DNA of 47,077 nt from a virus (Duplodnaviria; Heunggongvirae; Uroviricota; Caudoviricetes): IMG/VR virus record IMGVR_UViG_2541047907_000002, positions 1-47,077 of that record; one strand, written 5' to 3'. Made by a program: the position numbers and the translations under genes. The notes beneath the pieces were generated by a model. It worked only from the letters and a program-made list of their open reading frames with translations, was not told where the DNA came from and did not search any database. This document shows, piece after piece, positions 25,758-35,588 of this stretch (positions are counted from its first letter, which is position 1; the number at the start of each line of letters is the position of its first letter).

Positions 25758-27645
25758 TATGATGGTCGCCGTCGCAACCGCATTACAGCCACTGATAAGG
25801 GCACTGCCGGTGACGCCGGTTGAGTGGGCTGATCAAAATTATTATCTGCCGAAAGAATCGTCATACGGTGAGGGGGAATGGAAAACGCTGCCGTTCCAGG
25901 TCGCCATCATGAACAGCATGGGGAATGATCAGATCCGTACTGTTAATCTGATTAAATCGGCGCGTGTGGGTTACACCAAAATGCTGCTGGGCGTGGTCGG
26001 GTATTTTATTGAGCATAAATCCCGTAACAGCCTGCTCTTCCAGCCGACAGATTCTGCAGCTGAAGATTTCATGAAAGCGCATGTGGAGGCAACGCTACGG
26101 GATGTCCCCTGCCTTAAAGCGTTATCGCCATGGCTGGGAAGAAAGCACCGCGATAATACACTCACCCTGAAGCGTTTTTCCTCCGGCGTGGGGTTCTGGT
26201 GCCTGGGCGGTGCTGCAGCTAAAAACTACCGTGAAAAATCTGTGGATGTGGTCTGCTATGACGAACTCTCCTCGTTTGAACCGGATGTGGAAAAAGAAGG
26301 TTCGCCGACGCTGCTTGGCGATAAACGTATCGAAGGCTCGGTATGGCCTAAATCCATACGCGGCTCAACGCCAAAAATTAAAGGCTCCTGCCAGATTGAG
26401 AAAGCCGCGAATGAATCTGCGCATTTCATGCGGTTTTATGTCCCTTGCCCTCATTGCGGGGAGGCCCAGTATCTGAAGTTTGGCGATGATGCGACGCCGT
26501 TTGGCCTGAAATGGGAGAAGGGTAAACCGGAAACGGTGTATTACCTGTGTGAACATAATGGCTGTGTGATCCGCCAGTCAGAACTTGACCAGAGCGGCGG
26601 ACGCTGGATTTGTGACAATACCGGGATGTGGACGCACGACGGCCTGGCATTTTACAGCGCCGGTGATGAGGAGATGCCGCCACCGCGTTCAATCACGTAC
26701 CACGTGTGGACAGCGTACAGTCCGTTCACCACCTGGGTACAGATTGTTTATGACTGGCTGGATGCGCTGAAGGATCCGAACGGTGTTAAGACGTTTATTA
26801 ACACCACGCTCGGGGAGCCCTATGAAGAGGCTGTGGCAGAAAAACTGAGTTTTGAGTTGTTACTGGAAAAGGTCTGTCACTATGGCGCGCAGGTTCCCCT
26901 GCGGGTGGTTTACCTGACCGCAGGGATCGACTCCCAGAAAGACCGCTATGAAATTTATGTCTGGGGCTGGGCTCCCGGCGAAGAAGCCTTTCTGATTGAC
27001 AAGCAAATTGTCATGGGGCGACCGGAAGATGAGGACACCCTTAAACGTGTTGATGCGGTGATCAGGAAAAAATACCGCCATGCTGACGGTACTGAAATTT
27101 CCATTTCCCGCGTCTGCTGGGATACCGGTGGTATCGACCAGGACATTGTGTATCAGCGTTCCAGAAAACACGGCACTTTTTTTGTACTTCCCATTAAAGG
27201 TGCATCGGTGTACGGCAAGCCGGTGATCACCATGCCCAAAAAGCGCAACCAGCGTGGTGTGTTTCTGTGTGAGGTTGGCTCCGATACCGTCAAGGAAATG
27301 CTGTACGCCCGTTTTGCCCTGCCGGTGGTTTCTGCCAGTGAAGCCGCCCCGTATACCTTCCGTTTTCCGGATAACCCGGACATTTTTTCGGAAGAAGAAG
27401 CACGTCAAATCGTGGCGGAAGAACTGGTGGAAAAGGTGGTTAATGGCAGGGTGAAACTGCTGTGGGATAAAAAAGGGCGACGCAATGAAGCCCTCGACTG
27501 CCTGGTATATGCCTATGCTGCCCTGCGTATTTCAGTACAACGATGGCAACTGGACCTTGAGGCACTGGCCCGGGCACGAAGAGACGAGCAGGATGAGGAT
27601 GATATGAGTCTGGAAGAGATCGCGGCTGCACTGAGTGGAGGATAA
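25729..27645 (+). CDS. Terminase large subunit, lambda gpA-like
   Basis: Extended similarity to lambda A recalled (e.g. KRFSSGVGFWCLGGAAAKNYREKSVDV, CPHCGEAQYLKFGDD); start ATG 25729 overlaps the small subunit gene. Confidence 0.9.
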   Translation: MNISEQQLNNMMVAVATALQPLIRALPVTPVEWADQNYYLPKESSYGEGEWKTLPFQVAIMNSMGNDQIRTVNLIKSARVGYTKMLLGVVGYFIEHKSRNSLLFQPTDSAAEDFMKAHVEATLRDVPCLKALSPWLGRKHRDNTLTLKRFSSGVGFWCLGGAAAKNYREKSVDVVCYDELSSFEPDVEKEGSPTLLGDKRIEGSVWPKSIRGSTPKIKGSCQIEKAANESAHFMRFYVPCPHCGEAQYLKFGDDATPFGLKWEKGKPETVYYLCEHNGCVIRQSELDQSGGRWICDNTGMWTHDGLAFYSAGDEEMPPPRSITYHVWTAYSPFTTWVQIVYDWLDALKDPNGVKTFINTTLGEPYEEAVAEKLSFELLLEKVCHYGAQVPLRVVYLTAGIDSQKDRYEIYVWGWAPGEEAFLIDKQIVMGRPEDEDTLKRVDAVIRKKYRHADGTEISISRVCWDTGGIDQDIVYQRSRKHGTFFVLPIKGASVYGKPVITMPKKRNQRGVFLCEVGSDTVKEMLYARFALPVVSASEAAPYTFRFPDNPDIFSEEEARQIVAEELVEKVVNGRVKLLWDKKGRRNEALDCLVYAYAALRISVQRWQLDLEALARARRDEQDEDDMSLEEIAAALSGG

Positions 27646-27648
27646 GTG

Positions 27649-27858
27649 ATGATTTATACACATGAGATGCTTTGCGAAGCGCGTCGTGCGCTGCATGAGC
27701 TGATGATCGGGCGTGCGGTGGCTTCTGTCAGTAAGAACGGACGACAGGTGCAGTATTCGCGGGCGACGATTAATGAGTTGCGGCGATATATAGAGGAAAT
27801 TGAAAGCGCACTTGGAATATCCGGTCGTCGCCGTGGCCCTGCAGGAGTACGACTGTGA
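27649..27858 (+). CDS. Head-tail joining protein, lambda gpW-like
   Basis: ARRALHELMIGRAV...RRRGPAG parallels lambda W; GGAGGA upstream. Confidence 0.7.
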   Translation: MIYTHEMLCEARRALHELMIGRAVASVSKNGRQVQYSRATINELRRYIEEIESALGISGRRRGPAGVRL

Positions 27859-29426
27859 GCGGGGAACTGGTGGATCTTCATGGACAGCCTCTGCGGCAGA
27901 GTCTGGGATATTCCGGTGGTGGCTCCGGATTCGGAGGGCAACTGGCTGAATGGTTGCCAGCACCGGAAAGCGCCGATGTGGCGCTCTTACCTTCCATTCA
28001 GCTGGGTAACGCCCGTGCGGATGATCTGGTCCGTAACAACGGTATTGCCGCAAATGCTGTGGAAATTCATAAAGACCATATCGTCGGCCACATGTTTCGC
28101 CTGAGCTACCGACCCAACTGGCGCTGGCTGGGGATGTCAGAAGCTGATTCGCATGCCTTTATTGAAGATGTGGAGGCGGCGTGGATGGAATATTGCGATC
28201 CGGTGTTTGGCTCGATGGATGTGGAAGGGCGTCGCTCGTTTACCGAATTTATTCGTGAAGGGGTGGGCGTTCATACGTTTAACGGTGAAATTTTTGTCCA
28301 GCCCGTATGGGATACGGAATCCACGTCATTATTCAGAACAAAATTCAAGACCATCAGTCCGAAGCGCGTCAGTACGCCCGGTTATGGCATCGGCGATCGT
28401 TTTATGCGTGCCGGAGTGGAAATCAACCGTCACGGAAAGGCGATGGCTTATCATGTTCAGGACGATGACTGGCCTGGCTACGGTGTCAGCAACTGGACAC
28501 GGATTGCGGCGACGCTGCCCTCCGGGCGACCGGGAATGATCCATGTGTTTCAGCCGCAGGAGGACGGGCAGACGCGCGGGGCCAACCAGTTTTATTCCGT
28601 GATGGAGCGCCTCAAGATGCTCGACACATTGCAGGCCACGCAACTGCAGTCGGCGGTGGTGCGGGCGATGTATGCCGCGACGATTGAATCCACACTGGAT
28701 TCGGAAAAAGCATTTGAATATATCGCCGGGGTGGGAGATGGCGGTAAAAATCCCCTGAACACCATCATGAAAGGCTATGCGCGCTATTACGCCACCAACA
28801 CGGTCAGGATGGGTGGGGTTCGTATTCCGCATCTTTATCCGGGGGATTCACTGAATCTGCAGACAGCACAGAATGCGGATAATGGTTTCTCTGAACTGGA
28901 AAAGGCGCTGTTACGTTACATTGCTGCCGGGCTGGGCGTGTCCTATGAGCAGCTCTCCCGTGATTATTCACAGGTCAGTTATTCCAGTGCCAGAGCATCC
29001 GCCAATGAGTCGTGGCGGTATTTTATGGGGAAACGAAAATTTGTGGCCAGCCGGCTGGCGTCACAGATGTTTGCCTGCTGGCTGGAGGAAGCCCTTATTC
29101 GCGGAGTGATCCGCCCACCGAAATCCCGTTTTTCATTCTGGGAGGCCCGTTCCGGATGGTGTCGTGCCGAGTGGATTGGTGCCGGTCGCATGGCGATTGA
29201 TGGCCTTAAGGAAGTGCAGGAAGCGGTGATGCGTATTGAAGGTGGTTTAAGCACGTACGAGAAAGAGCTGGCTCTGATGGGCGATGACTATCAGGAGATT
29301 TTCCGCCAGCAACTGCGTGAAAGCCAGGAGCGACAGGCGGCTGGTCTTCCCCGCCCCATCTGGATAAAGGATACGTTTCAGCAGCAGATCCGACAGACAA
29401 CGGGAGGAAAAGGCGATGCGTCGTAA
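27855..29426 (+). CDS. Portal protein, lambda gpB family
   Basis: 523 aa; GTGA overlap with the W-like gene; position and recalled similarity to lambda B. Confidence 0.9.
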   Translation: MSGELVDLHGQPLRQSLGYSGGGSGFGGQLAEWLPAPESADVALLPSIQLGNARADDLVRNNGIAANAVEIHKDHIVGHMFRLSYRPNWRWLGMSEADSHAFIEDVEAAWMEYCDPVFGSMDVEGRRSFTEFIREGVGVHTFNGEIFVQPVWDTESTSLFRTKFKTISPKRVSTPGYGIGDRFMRAGVEINRHGKAMAYHVQDDDWPGYGVSNWTRIAATLPSGRPGMIHVFQPQEDGQTRGANQFYSVMERLKMLDTLQATQLQSAVVRAMYAATIESTLDSEKAFEYIAGVGDGGKNPLNTIMKGYARYYATNTVRMGGVRIPHLYPGDSLNLQTAQNADNGFSELEKALLRYIAAGLGVSYEQLSRDYSQVSYSSARASANESWRYFMGKRKFVASRLASQMFACWLEEALIRGVIRPPKSRFSFWEARSGWCRAEWIGAGRMAIDGLKEVQEAVMRIEGGLSTYEKELALMGDDYQEIFRQQLRESQERQAAGLPRPIWIKDTFQQQIRQTTGGKGDAS

Positions 29427-31032
29427 TTTATCGCATATTGCCGCCATGGCATTTAATGAGCCGCTTTTACTGGAGCCCGCCTATGCGCGGGTTTTCTTTT
29501 GCGCGCTGGGTAAAGAGATAGGGGCCGGCAGCCTTGCCGTTCCTCAGCAGGCTGTTCAGCTTGATGCTGATGGTATGCAACTGGCTGTGACTGACTATAT
29601 GGCGGGCGGTCAGCGTCCGGCAAAGAGTTACCAGGTGAAGAATGGCATCGCCATTCTGCCGGTGAGCGGCACGCTGGTGCATAAACTGGGTACCCTGCGG
29701 CCTTACTCCGTCATGACCGGCTATGACGGCCTGACGGCCCGCCTTCAGATGGCGGTGAATGATCCGGATGTGCGCGGCATTTTGCTGGATATCGACAGCC
29801 CGGGCGGTCAGGCTGCCGGGGCGTTTGACTGTGCTGACATGATTTACCGCCTGCGGGAACAGAAGCCCGTTTGGGCGCTGTGCAATGACATGGCCTGTTC
29901 AGCCGCCATGTTGCTGGCGGCAGCCTGTACGCGTCGGCTGGTCACGCAGACAGCAAAAATTGGTTCGATTGGTGTGATGATGGCGCACACCAGTTACGAG
30001 AAACAACTGGCACAAGAAGGGGTGGACATCACGCTGATTTACTCCGGGCGGCACAAGGTTGACGGCAACAGTATTCAGGCATTGCCGGCAGGTGTGCGTG
30101 CGGATTTCCAGCGCCGTATTGATGAGGCCCGCCGGATGTTTGTCGACAAGGTGGCACGTTATACGGGGCTGAGCGCTGAGGCGGTGATGAATACCGAAGC
30201 AGCCGTTTATGACGGTCAGGCAGGCATTGATGCTGGCCTGGCTGATCAACTGATTAATGCTGCAGATGCCGTTGAAGTGATGGTTTCTGCACTGAATGAA
30301 TCTGTTACACAGGAGGAAACGATGACAGTTAAAAATCTGACCGTTGCTGAAGCGGTGGTCCAGGAAAATCAGCGCGTGATGGGGATCCTGAATTGTCAGG
30401 AGGCGAAAGGACGCGAACAACTGGCGAAGATGCTGGCAGGCCAGCTAGGAATGACGGTTGAGCAGGCGAAAACGTTGCTTGCAGCAGCGCCGGTTGCCGG
30501 TACTGACAGCACGGGTGATCAGATTATGGCGCTGCCGGAAGCAAAGGGGCGTGAGCAACTGGCACAGATGCTGGCAGGTCAACCGGGGATGACGGTGGAG
30601 CAGGCGAAAGCGTTTCTGGCAGCAGCTCCTGCTGCCGGTGCTGCAGGCACAGGCGATCAGATTATGGCGCTGCCGGAAGCTAAAGGGCGTGAACAACTCG
30701 CACAGGCGCTGGCTGAACAGCCGGGAATGACCGTTGATCAGGCAAAAACGTTACTGGCGGCGGTACCGGTTGCTGGTTCTGCAAGTGTCGGCGAGCAGAT
30801 TATGACACTGCCCGAGGCGAAAGGGCGCGAGCAACTTGCACAGGTGCTGGCAGAACAACCGGGAATGACGGTGGCGCAGGCGAAAACGTTGCTGGCAGCC
30901 GCACCGGCGGCATCACAGCCGTCACAGGAAACACTTTTTGATCGCTTTATGGCACAGCATGCCGCCAGTGCGGTTTCCGGAGGCGGAACTGCCGGGCACG
31001 GAGAAGAAGATCTGCTGATGAGTATGCCGTAA
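29416..31032 (+). CDS. Prohead protease / scaffold protein, lambda gpC-like (S49 peptidase family) with repeated C-terminal domain
   Basis: N-terminal ClpP/SppA-like region; C-terminus has four tandem ~46 aa repeats (LPEAKGREQLAQ.LA.QPGMTV.QAK.LLAA.P). Confidence 0.85.
   Translation: MRRNLSHIAAMAFNEPLLLEPAYARVFFCALGKEIGAGSLAVPQQAVQLDADGMQLAVTDYMAGGQRPAKSYQVKNGIAILPVSGTLVHKLGTLRPYSVMTGYDGLTARLQMAVNDPDVRGILLDIDSPGGQAAGAFDCADMIYRLREQKPVWALCNDMACSAAMLLAAACTRRLVTQTAKIGSIGVMMAHTSYEKQLAQEGVDITLIYSGRHKVDGNSIQALPAGVRADFQRRIDEARRMFVDKVARYTGLSAEAVMNTEAAVYDGQAGIDAGLADQLINAADAVEVMVSALNESVTQEETMTVKNLTVAEAVVQENQRVMGILNCQEAKGREQLAKMLAGQLGMTVEQAKTLLAAAPVAGTDSTGDQIMALPEAKGREQLAQMLAGQPGMTVEQAKAFLAAAPAAGAAGTGDQIMALPEAKGREQLAQALAEQPGMTVDQAKTLLAAVPVAGSASVGEQIMTLPEAKGREQLAQVLAEQPGMTVAQAKTLLAAAPAASQPSQETLFDRFMAQHAASAVSGGGTAGHGEEDLLMSMP
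30400..30935 (+). repeat. Four in-frame tandem repeats of ~138 bp inside the gpC-like gene
   Basis: Repeat units begin with GA(G/A)GC(G/A/T)AAAGG(A/G)CG(C/T)GA(A/G)CAACT and each ends with CAGATTATG(G/A)C(G/A)CTGCC(G/C). Confidence 0.6.
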
Positions 31033-31071
31033 GCGGTATCCGTGATTCAGATAAATCAGGAGACTGAAAAA

Positions 31072-31407
31072 ATGATTAAAACCACCACAGAAAAGCGCGC
31101 GGATGTGCACATTTTTGCCGGAAGCGAGCCGGCGCATACCGCAACCGCCACCAGTGGTATCAGTGCCGCCACACCTGCACTGACGCCACTGATGCTGGAT
31201 GATGCCACCGGCAAACTGGTGGTCTGGGATGGTCAGAAAGCCGGAACGGCTGTGGGTGTGCTGGCTCTGGCGCTTGCCGGGTCCGAGTCCACACTGACGT
31301 ATTACAAAAGCGGTACGTTTGCCACTGAATCGCTGGTCTGGCCTGATTCGGTGGATGCGGTGAAAAAAGCCAACGCATTTGTGGGAAGTGCCATCAGTCA
31401 CGCCTGA
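31072..31407 (+). CDS. Head decoration protein, lambda gpD-like
   Basis: PAHTATA...ATPALTPLMLD...KLVVWDG...YYKSGTF parallels lambda D; AGGAGA upstream. Confidence 0.8.
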   Translation: MIKTTTEKRADVHIFAGSEPAHTATATSGISAATPALTPLMLDDATGKLVVWDGQKAGTAVGVLALALAGSESTLTYYKSGTFATESLVWPDSVDAVKKANAFVGSAISHA

Positions 31408-31476
31408 TGGTGAAGTGATTAACTGAACAAACGGGGCGCGATGCGTCCCGTTTGTGTTTCTGAAGGATAATATATA

Positions 31477-32505
31477 ATGGGGTTATTTACCACGCGTCAG
31501 TTGCTCGGCTACACCGAGCAGAAAGTGAAATTTCGTGCGCTGTTTCTGGAGCTTTTTTTTCGCCGCACGATCACTTTCCATACTCAGGAAGTGATGCTGG
31601 ATAAAATTACCGGCAAAACGCCGGTTGCGGCATATGTCTCTCCGGTGGTGTCAGGCAAAGTGCTGCGCAGCCGTGGCGGTGAAACCCGCGTGTTACGTCC
31701 CGGTTATGTAAAACCAAAACACCGCCTGGATTATCAGCAGGCGGTGGAACGTCTGCCGGGGGAAGATCCGGCCCGTCTTAATGACCCGGCCTACCGTCGC
31801 CTGCGTATTCTGACTGACAACCTGAAGCAGGAAGAGCAGGCGATTGTGCAGGTGGAAGAAATGCAGGCGGTCAGTGCCATTCTGCAGGGTAAGTACACCA
31901 TGAGCGGTGAGCAGTTTGAGACGGTGGAAGTGGATTTCGGACGTTCTGCTGCCAATAACATTACACAGGCTGGCGGTAATCAGTGGTCACAGCAGAACGC
32001 TGACACCTTTGATCCAACGCACGATCTGGATGCGTACTGCGATTTTGCCTCCGGGACCATCAATATCGCGATTATGGACGGCACGGTCTGGCGTTTGCTG
32101 AATGGTTTTAAACTGTTCCGTGAAAAACTGGATATCCGCCGTGGTTCAAAATCGGAACTGGAAACCGCGCTGAAAGACCTGGGCTCCGTGGTCTCTTTTA
32201 AGGGGTATTACGGCGATCTGGCTATTGTGGTGGCGAAAACAGCTTATGTCGATGAAAACGGGGATGAACAGCGTTATCTGCCGGAAGGTACACTGATTCT
32301 GGGGAATACTCAGGCGGAAGGCGTCCGTTGCTATGGGGCCATTCAGGATAACCAGGCGCTGAGTGAAGGGATCACCGCTGCAGTTCGTTATCCAAAACAC
32401 TGGCTGGAGGTGGGTGATCCTGGTTGCGAATATACCATGACGCAGTCTGCGCCGTTGATGGTGTTGCCGGATCCGGATGTGTTTGTGGTGGTTCAGGTGA
32501 AATAA
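31477..32505 (+). CDS. Major capsid protein, lambda gpE-like
   Basis: 342 aa; extensive similarity to lambda E recalled (YVSPVVSGKVLRSRGG, GYVKPKH, QVEEMQAVSAILQGKYTM). Confidence 0.9.
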   Translation: MGLFTTRQLLGYTEQKVKFRALFLELFFRRTITFHTQEVMLDKITGKTPVAAYVSPVVSGKVLRSRGGETRVLRPGYVKPKHRLDYQQAVERLPGEDPARLNDPAYRRLRILTDNLKQEEQAIVQVEEMQAVSAILQGKYTMSGEQFETVEVDFGRSAANNITQAGGNQWSQQNADTFDPTHDLDAYCDFASGTINIAIMDGTVWRLLNGFKLFREKLDIRRGSKSELETALKDLGSVVSFKGYYGDLAIVVAKTAYVDENGDEQRYLPEGTLILGNTQAEGVRCYGAIQDNQALSEGITAAVRYPKHWLEVGDPGCEYTMTQSAPLMVLPDPDVFVVVQVK

Positions 32506-32555
32506 GGTCAGGCGGGATATTCCCGCCTTTTTCTTTAGCGCACGGGAGAGATGTG

Positions 32556-32921
32556 ATGACAAAAGAGCAGATGACCGAACGTTTGCAGGAACTGGCAGTG
32601 ATCCTGGGGCGTGAAGCAGATATTTCAGGTTCAAAGGCCGATCTTGAGCAGCGTCTGGCGGAATGGGAAGAGGAGGCCGCTGGCTTCGATGGGGAGGAGA
32701 CAGGGGCGGAAGAGGTGGACAACGACGTATCCGGTGACGGGATGCATTCTGAGCGGGAACTCGTTCGGGTGCGCATGCTGAAAACGGCACATATGCCTGC
32801 CTGTGATGCCGTGACGGGGAAAATGCTGATGTTCGCCCGGGCCTCCAGTGTTGTGCTGGTTAATGAAGCTGCAGTTCCTGCATTGCTGGCGGACGGTCTG
32901 GCAGAAAAAATTCGGGAGTAA
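32556..32921 (+). CDS. DNA packaging protein, lambda FI-like
   Basis: Position after the capsid gene; GGGAGAG upstream of ATG 32556; C-terminal region loosely parallels lambda FI. Confidence 0.55.
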   Translation: MTKEQMTERLQELAVILGREADISGSKADLEQRLAEWEEEAAGFDGEETGAEEVDNDVSGDGMHSERELVRVRMLKTAHMPACDAVTGKMLMFARASSVVLVNEAAVPALLADGLAEKIRE

Positions 32922-33325
32922 TGATGTTTGATAATCTGTTCGATCAGGCCATGAGTGATGCGGATGACATTATCCTTGACATGATGGGGACGGAAATCAG
33001 CATATTTCCGGGCGGTACCGAAAGAAAAATCCGTGCCGTTTTTGATGTGCCGGCAGATAACACCGGGATGAACACAGGCAGCGGCGAAATCCGTGATACT
33101 GCGCCGGTGTTATTTACCCGGAGCGCATGGGTTGCCGGACTGAAAAAATATGACAGGGTCATAATCCACGGCGAACCCTACCAGGTGGTCGATCCCGGCT
33201 GGGATGAGTCGGGTACTGCGGGTCAGGGTGTGATTACCATTACCCTCGCGCGGGGAGAACCTGGAAGAAGTACGCCTGCCGCCCCTGTACGACCGAGTAA
33301 ACGTTATGGCAGTCAGAGAGCATGA
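32921..33325 (+). CDS. Head-tail connector, lambda FII-like
   Basis: N-terminus MMFDNLFDQAMSDADDII parallels lambda FII (MADFDNLFDAAIARADE); TAATG overlap with the FI-like gene. Confidence 0.65.
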   Translation: MMFDNLFDQAMSDADDIILDMMGTEISIFPGGTERKIRAVFDVPADNTGMNTGSGEIRDTAPVLFTRSAWVAGLKKYDRVIIHGEPYQVVDPGWDESGTAGQGVITITLARGEPGRSTPAAPVRPSKRYGSQRA

Positions 33326-34028
33326 ACGAAGCAGTGCCCGGCAGCGACGACTGGCACGAAACCTCGTCGTTGATATTGACGAGGATGAGGTGCTGAGCAT
33401 TATCGCTAAACTGGGTGGTTCAAAAAGCCAGATCCGTAAAGCCTGGGGGGTGGCGCTGAAAAGAGCCGCGTCCGCACTGCGGATGAAGGCCATGGCAGAG
33501 TTTAAAAAACAGGTTGCCCCACGCAGTCAGAAAATGATCGGAAGGCGTGTGCTGCGTGATATTGTCATTCGTCGAAACGGTGATGAGTTTGATGAGGCGA
33601 AGGTGTGGTTCGGCCTTAACGCCATCAAAGTACGTGACCTGCGCGGACGTATCAGTGGAGGGCGACGCGGTGAACGCCATCAGTTGCGCGATGAACTGGG
33701 ACGTTTTGCACCGGCCACACGCCGAAGACAGGCGAGGGAGATTCGTTTTAAACCTGCCGGGGAGGCAATACCGGTCACTACCTGGTCAGGTGAAGAGGCT
33801 TTCATTAATGAATTTGAGTCTGAAAACCGGCGCGGACGCATTTCACGACGTAAGACGGTACTGGTCCGGCAGGCATCCGGACGACGAAGGGTGCGCGAAG
33901 CAGAAATTGATATTTATGAAGCCATGCTGAACCGTATAGAGGATTTTGTTTTCCCTGATGCGGAAGCACTGATCCTGAAAAATTTTGAGCATGAACTGAA
34001 ATTCCGGGTATTTAAGGGGATGGAATGA
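33306..34028 (+). CDS. Hypothetical virion protein at the head-tail junction (possible tail completion protein)
   Basis: 240 aa, very Arg-rich; position equivalent to P2 R/S; function inferred from position only. Confidence 0.35.
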   Translation: MAVREHERSSARQRRLARNLVVDIDEDEVLSIIAKLGGSKSQIRKAWGVALKRAASALRMKAMAEFKKQVAPRSQKMIGRRVLRDIVIRRNGDEFDEAKVWFGLNAIKVRDLRGRISGGRRGERHQLRDELGRFAPATRRRQAREIRFKPAGEAIPVTTWSGEEAFINEFESENRRGRISRRKTVLVRQASGRRRVREAEIDIYEAMLNRIEDFVFPDAEALILKNFEHELKFRVFKGME

Positions 34029-34591
34029 CAGAGCCATTGATGATGGGAACCTGGCATCAGGCGGTGATTGACAGTCTGAAACAAATTCCCTGGGTGGAAG
34101 ATGCCGATGAGTACCCGGAAAAAGTGACGCAACTGGTGACGCCTGCCGTGTTTGTGGATGTGCCCGGCTGGGACAAGGCTCAGTTTGCCGACGGGCAGAC
34201 ACGGGTCACGCTGAAATGCGATCTGTTTGTGGTGACAGACCGGGCCGGGAAGACGGAAAACGTGCCAAAACCGCAGATATTTGCCCGCTGTCTGGCAATG
34301 GATTTATCTGACTGGATTGATGGAGCCACGTTCGGGCTGGATAACGTTGATCCGGCTGTTTTTATCGATGCTGAGGTGGATACCTTCGACCGGCTGCTGG
34401 ACGACTACATCGTTTTCCGCGTTTCTTTTGAACAGGATATTCCTGTCGGGGCGGATCCGTTCGCGGTTCCGGGAGGGGCACCGTTACAGGAAGTCTGGCT
34501 GGGGAAAGTACCGGAAACCGGTAAAAAGCATGTGCAGGATTATCGTCTTATCTGGAAAGCGGAGGTTACCGGCGATGAGTCTGGCGGATGA
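34025..34591 (+). CDS. Hypothetical virion protein (possible tail completion protein)
   Basis: 188 aa; ATGA-type overlap with upstream gene; position only. Confidence 0.35.
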   Translation: MTEPLMMGTWHQAVIDSLKQIPWVEDADEYPEKVTQLVTPAVFVDVPGWDKAQFADGQTRVTLKCDLFVVTDRAGKTENVPKPQIFARCLAMDLSDWIDGATFGLDNVDPAVFIDAEVDTFDRLLDDYIVFRVSFEQDIPVGADPFAVPGGAPLQEVWLGKVPETGKKHVQDYRLIWKAEVTGDESGG

Positions 34592-35198
34592 GGTGGCGGA
34601 GCTGCGCCGCCGGGTGGCGGATATGGTCCGGCGCGGTGTGGTGGTGGAGGTGATCCCGGGGAGCCCGGTGATGGTCCGGGTGGATATCGGGGATGCGCTT
34701 TCGCCCCCGTTGCCCTGGATTCAGGTGCAGTCCGGGCGTTACATGCAGGTCAGTAATTACCCGGCTCCCGGAGATGCGGTCACGGTGATATCAGAGGCCG
34801 GGGATTTACGTAACGGTCGGGTGTATCCGGGGGCGAATATTGACGCCATTCCGGTACCGGCGGGCAGCGAATATGAGCATGTCGTTTTGTTTGATACCGG
34901 AACGGAGATCCGTTACGACCGCAAGGATAATGCCCTGTCCATCACGCTGGCTGAAGGCGGCAGCTATAAAATTACTGGCAGGGGAACGCTGGACGGTCCG
35001 GTGGAAATCACCGACACCCTGACCATACAGGGTAAAGCAACCATGAATGCTGAGGCGGTGGTTAAGGCGGATCTGATGGTTGGCGGTGAGGTTTCTGATT
35101 ATCACGGAACGATGAGTCAAATCAGAATTGTCTATAACGGTCACAATCACCGGGGCGACAGTGGTGGCAGCACCGGACAGCCTGGTCAGCAAATGTAA
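34575..35198 (+). CDS. Baseplate assembly protein V (spike), P2 gpV-like
   Basis: C-terminal HNHRGDSGGSTGQP parallels P2 V (HKHPGDSGGTTGSP); GGAGGT upstream; the ORF track N-terminal extension to 34281 is rejected. Confidence 0.75.
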   Translation: MSLADEVAELRRRVADMVRRGVVVEVIPGSPVMVRVDIGDALSPPLPWIQVQSGRYMQVSNYPAPGDAVTVISEAGDLRNGRVYPGANIDAIPVPAGSEYEHVVLFDTGTEIRYDRKDNALSITLAEGGSYKITGRGTLDGPVEITDTLTIQGKATMNAEAVVKADLMVGGEVSDYHGTMSQIRIVYNGHNHRGDSGGSTGQPGQQM

Positions 35199-35231
35199 TC
35201 TCCTTTCAGTTCTTTTTCCGGAATAAACAAC

Positions 35232-35588
35232 ATGATTGGTATTGATTCCGCCACCGGCAGATATCTGCACGGTAACGAACATCTGCGTCAGTCCGTCACC
35301 GATATTCTGTCAACACCGGTCGGCAGCCGTGTTCTTCTCAGGGAATACGGCAGCAGGTTATTCAGTCTGCTTGATAACCCGCAGGATGATTTCACACGGG
35401 TGAGGATTGTCCGTGAAACGGCAACTGCCCTCGAACGCTGGGAACCCCGCCTGACCCTCCGGCGGGTGGAGGTGACATGGACAGGAGAAGGAAGCGCCTG
35501 GCTGACGCTTGTCGGGGTGAACAACGAGACACAGGAAACGATTCGACTTGAGGAGATAAAAATTGGCAACGTCTCAGGCAATCATTGA
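35232..35588 (+). CDS. Baseplate protein W, P2 gpW-like
   Basis: SVTDILSTPVGSRVLLREYGS parallels P2 W (SIGDILRTPVGSRVMRRDYGS). Confidence 0.75.
   Translation: MIGIDSATGRYLHGNEHLRQSVTDILSTPVGSRVLLREYGSRLFSLLDNPQDDFTRVRIVRETATALERWEPRLTLRRVEVTWTGEGSAWLTLVGVNNETQETIRLEEIKIGNVSGNH

Noticed and set aside
25861-32790. Multiple antisense ORFs inside terminase, portal, protease and capsid genes (for example 26860-27408, 27532-28053, 28329-28832, 29899-30420, 32146-32790)
   Set aside because: Each lies opposite a long CDS with recalled lambda homology; translations are Arg/Pro/His-rich, typical of GC-rich antisense frames.
34281-34574. N-terminal extension of the gpV-like ORF
   Set aside because: Similarity to P2 V begins at the internal ATG 34575, which has a GGAGGT site; the extension overlaps the upstream gene in another frame.
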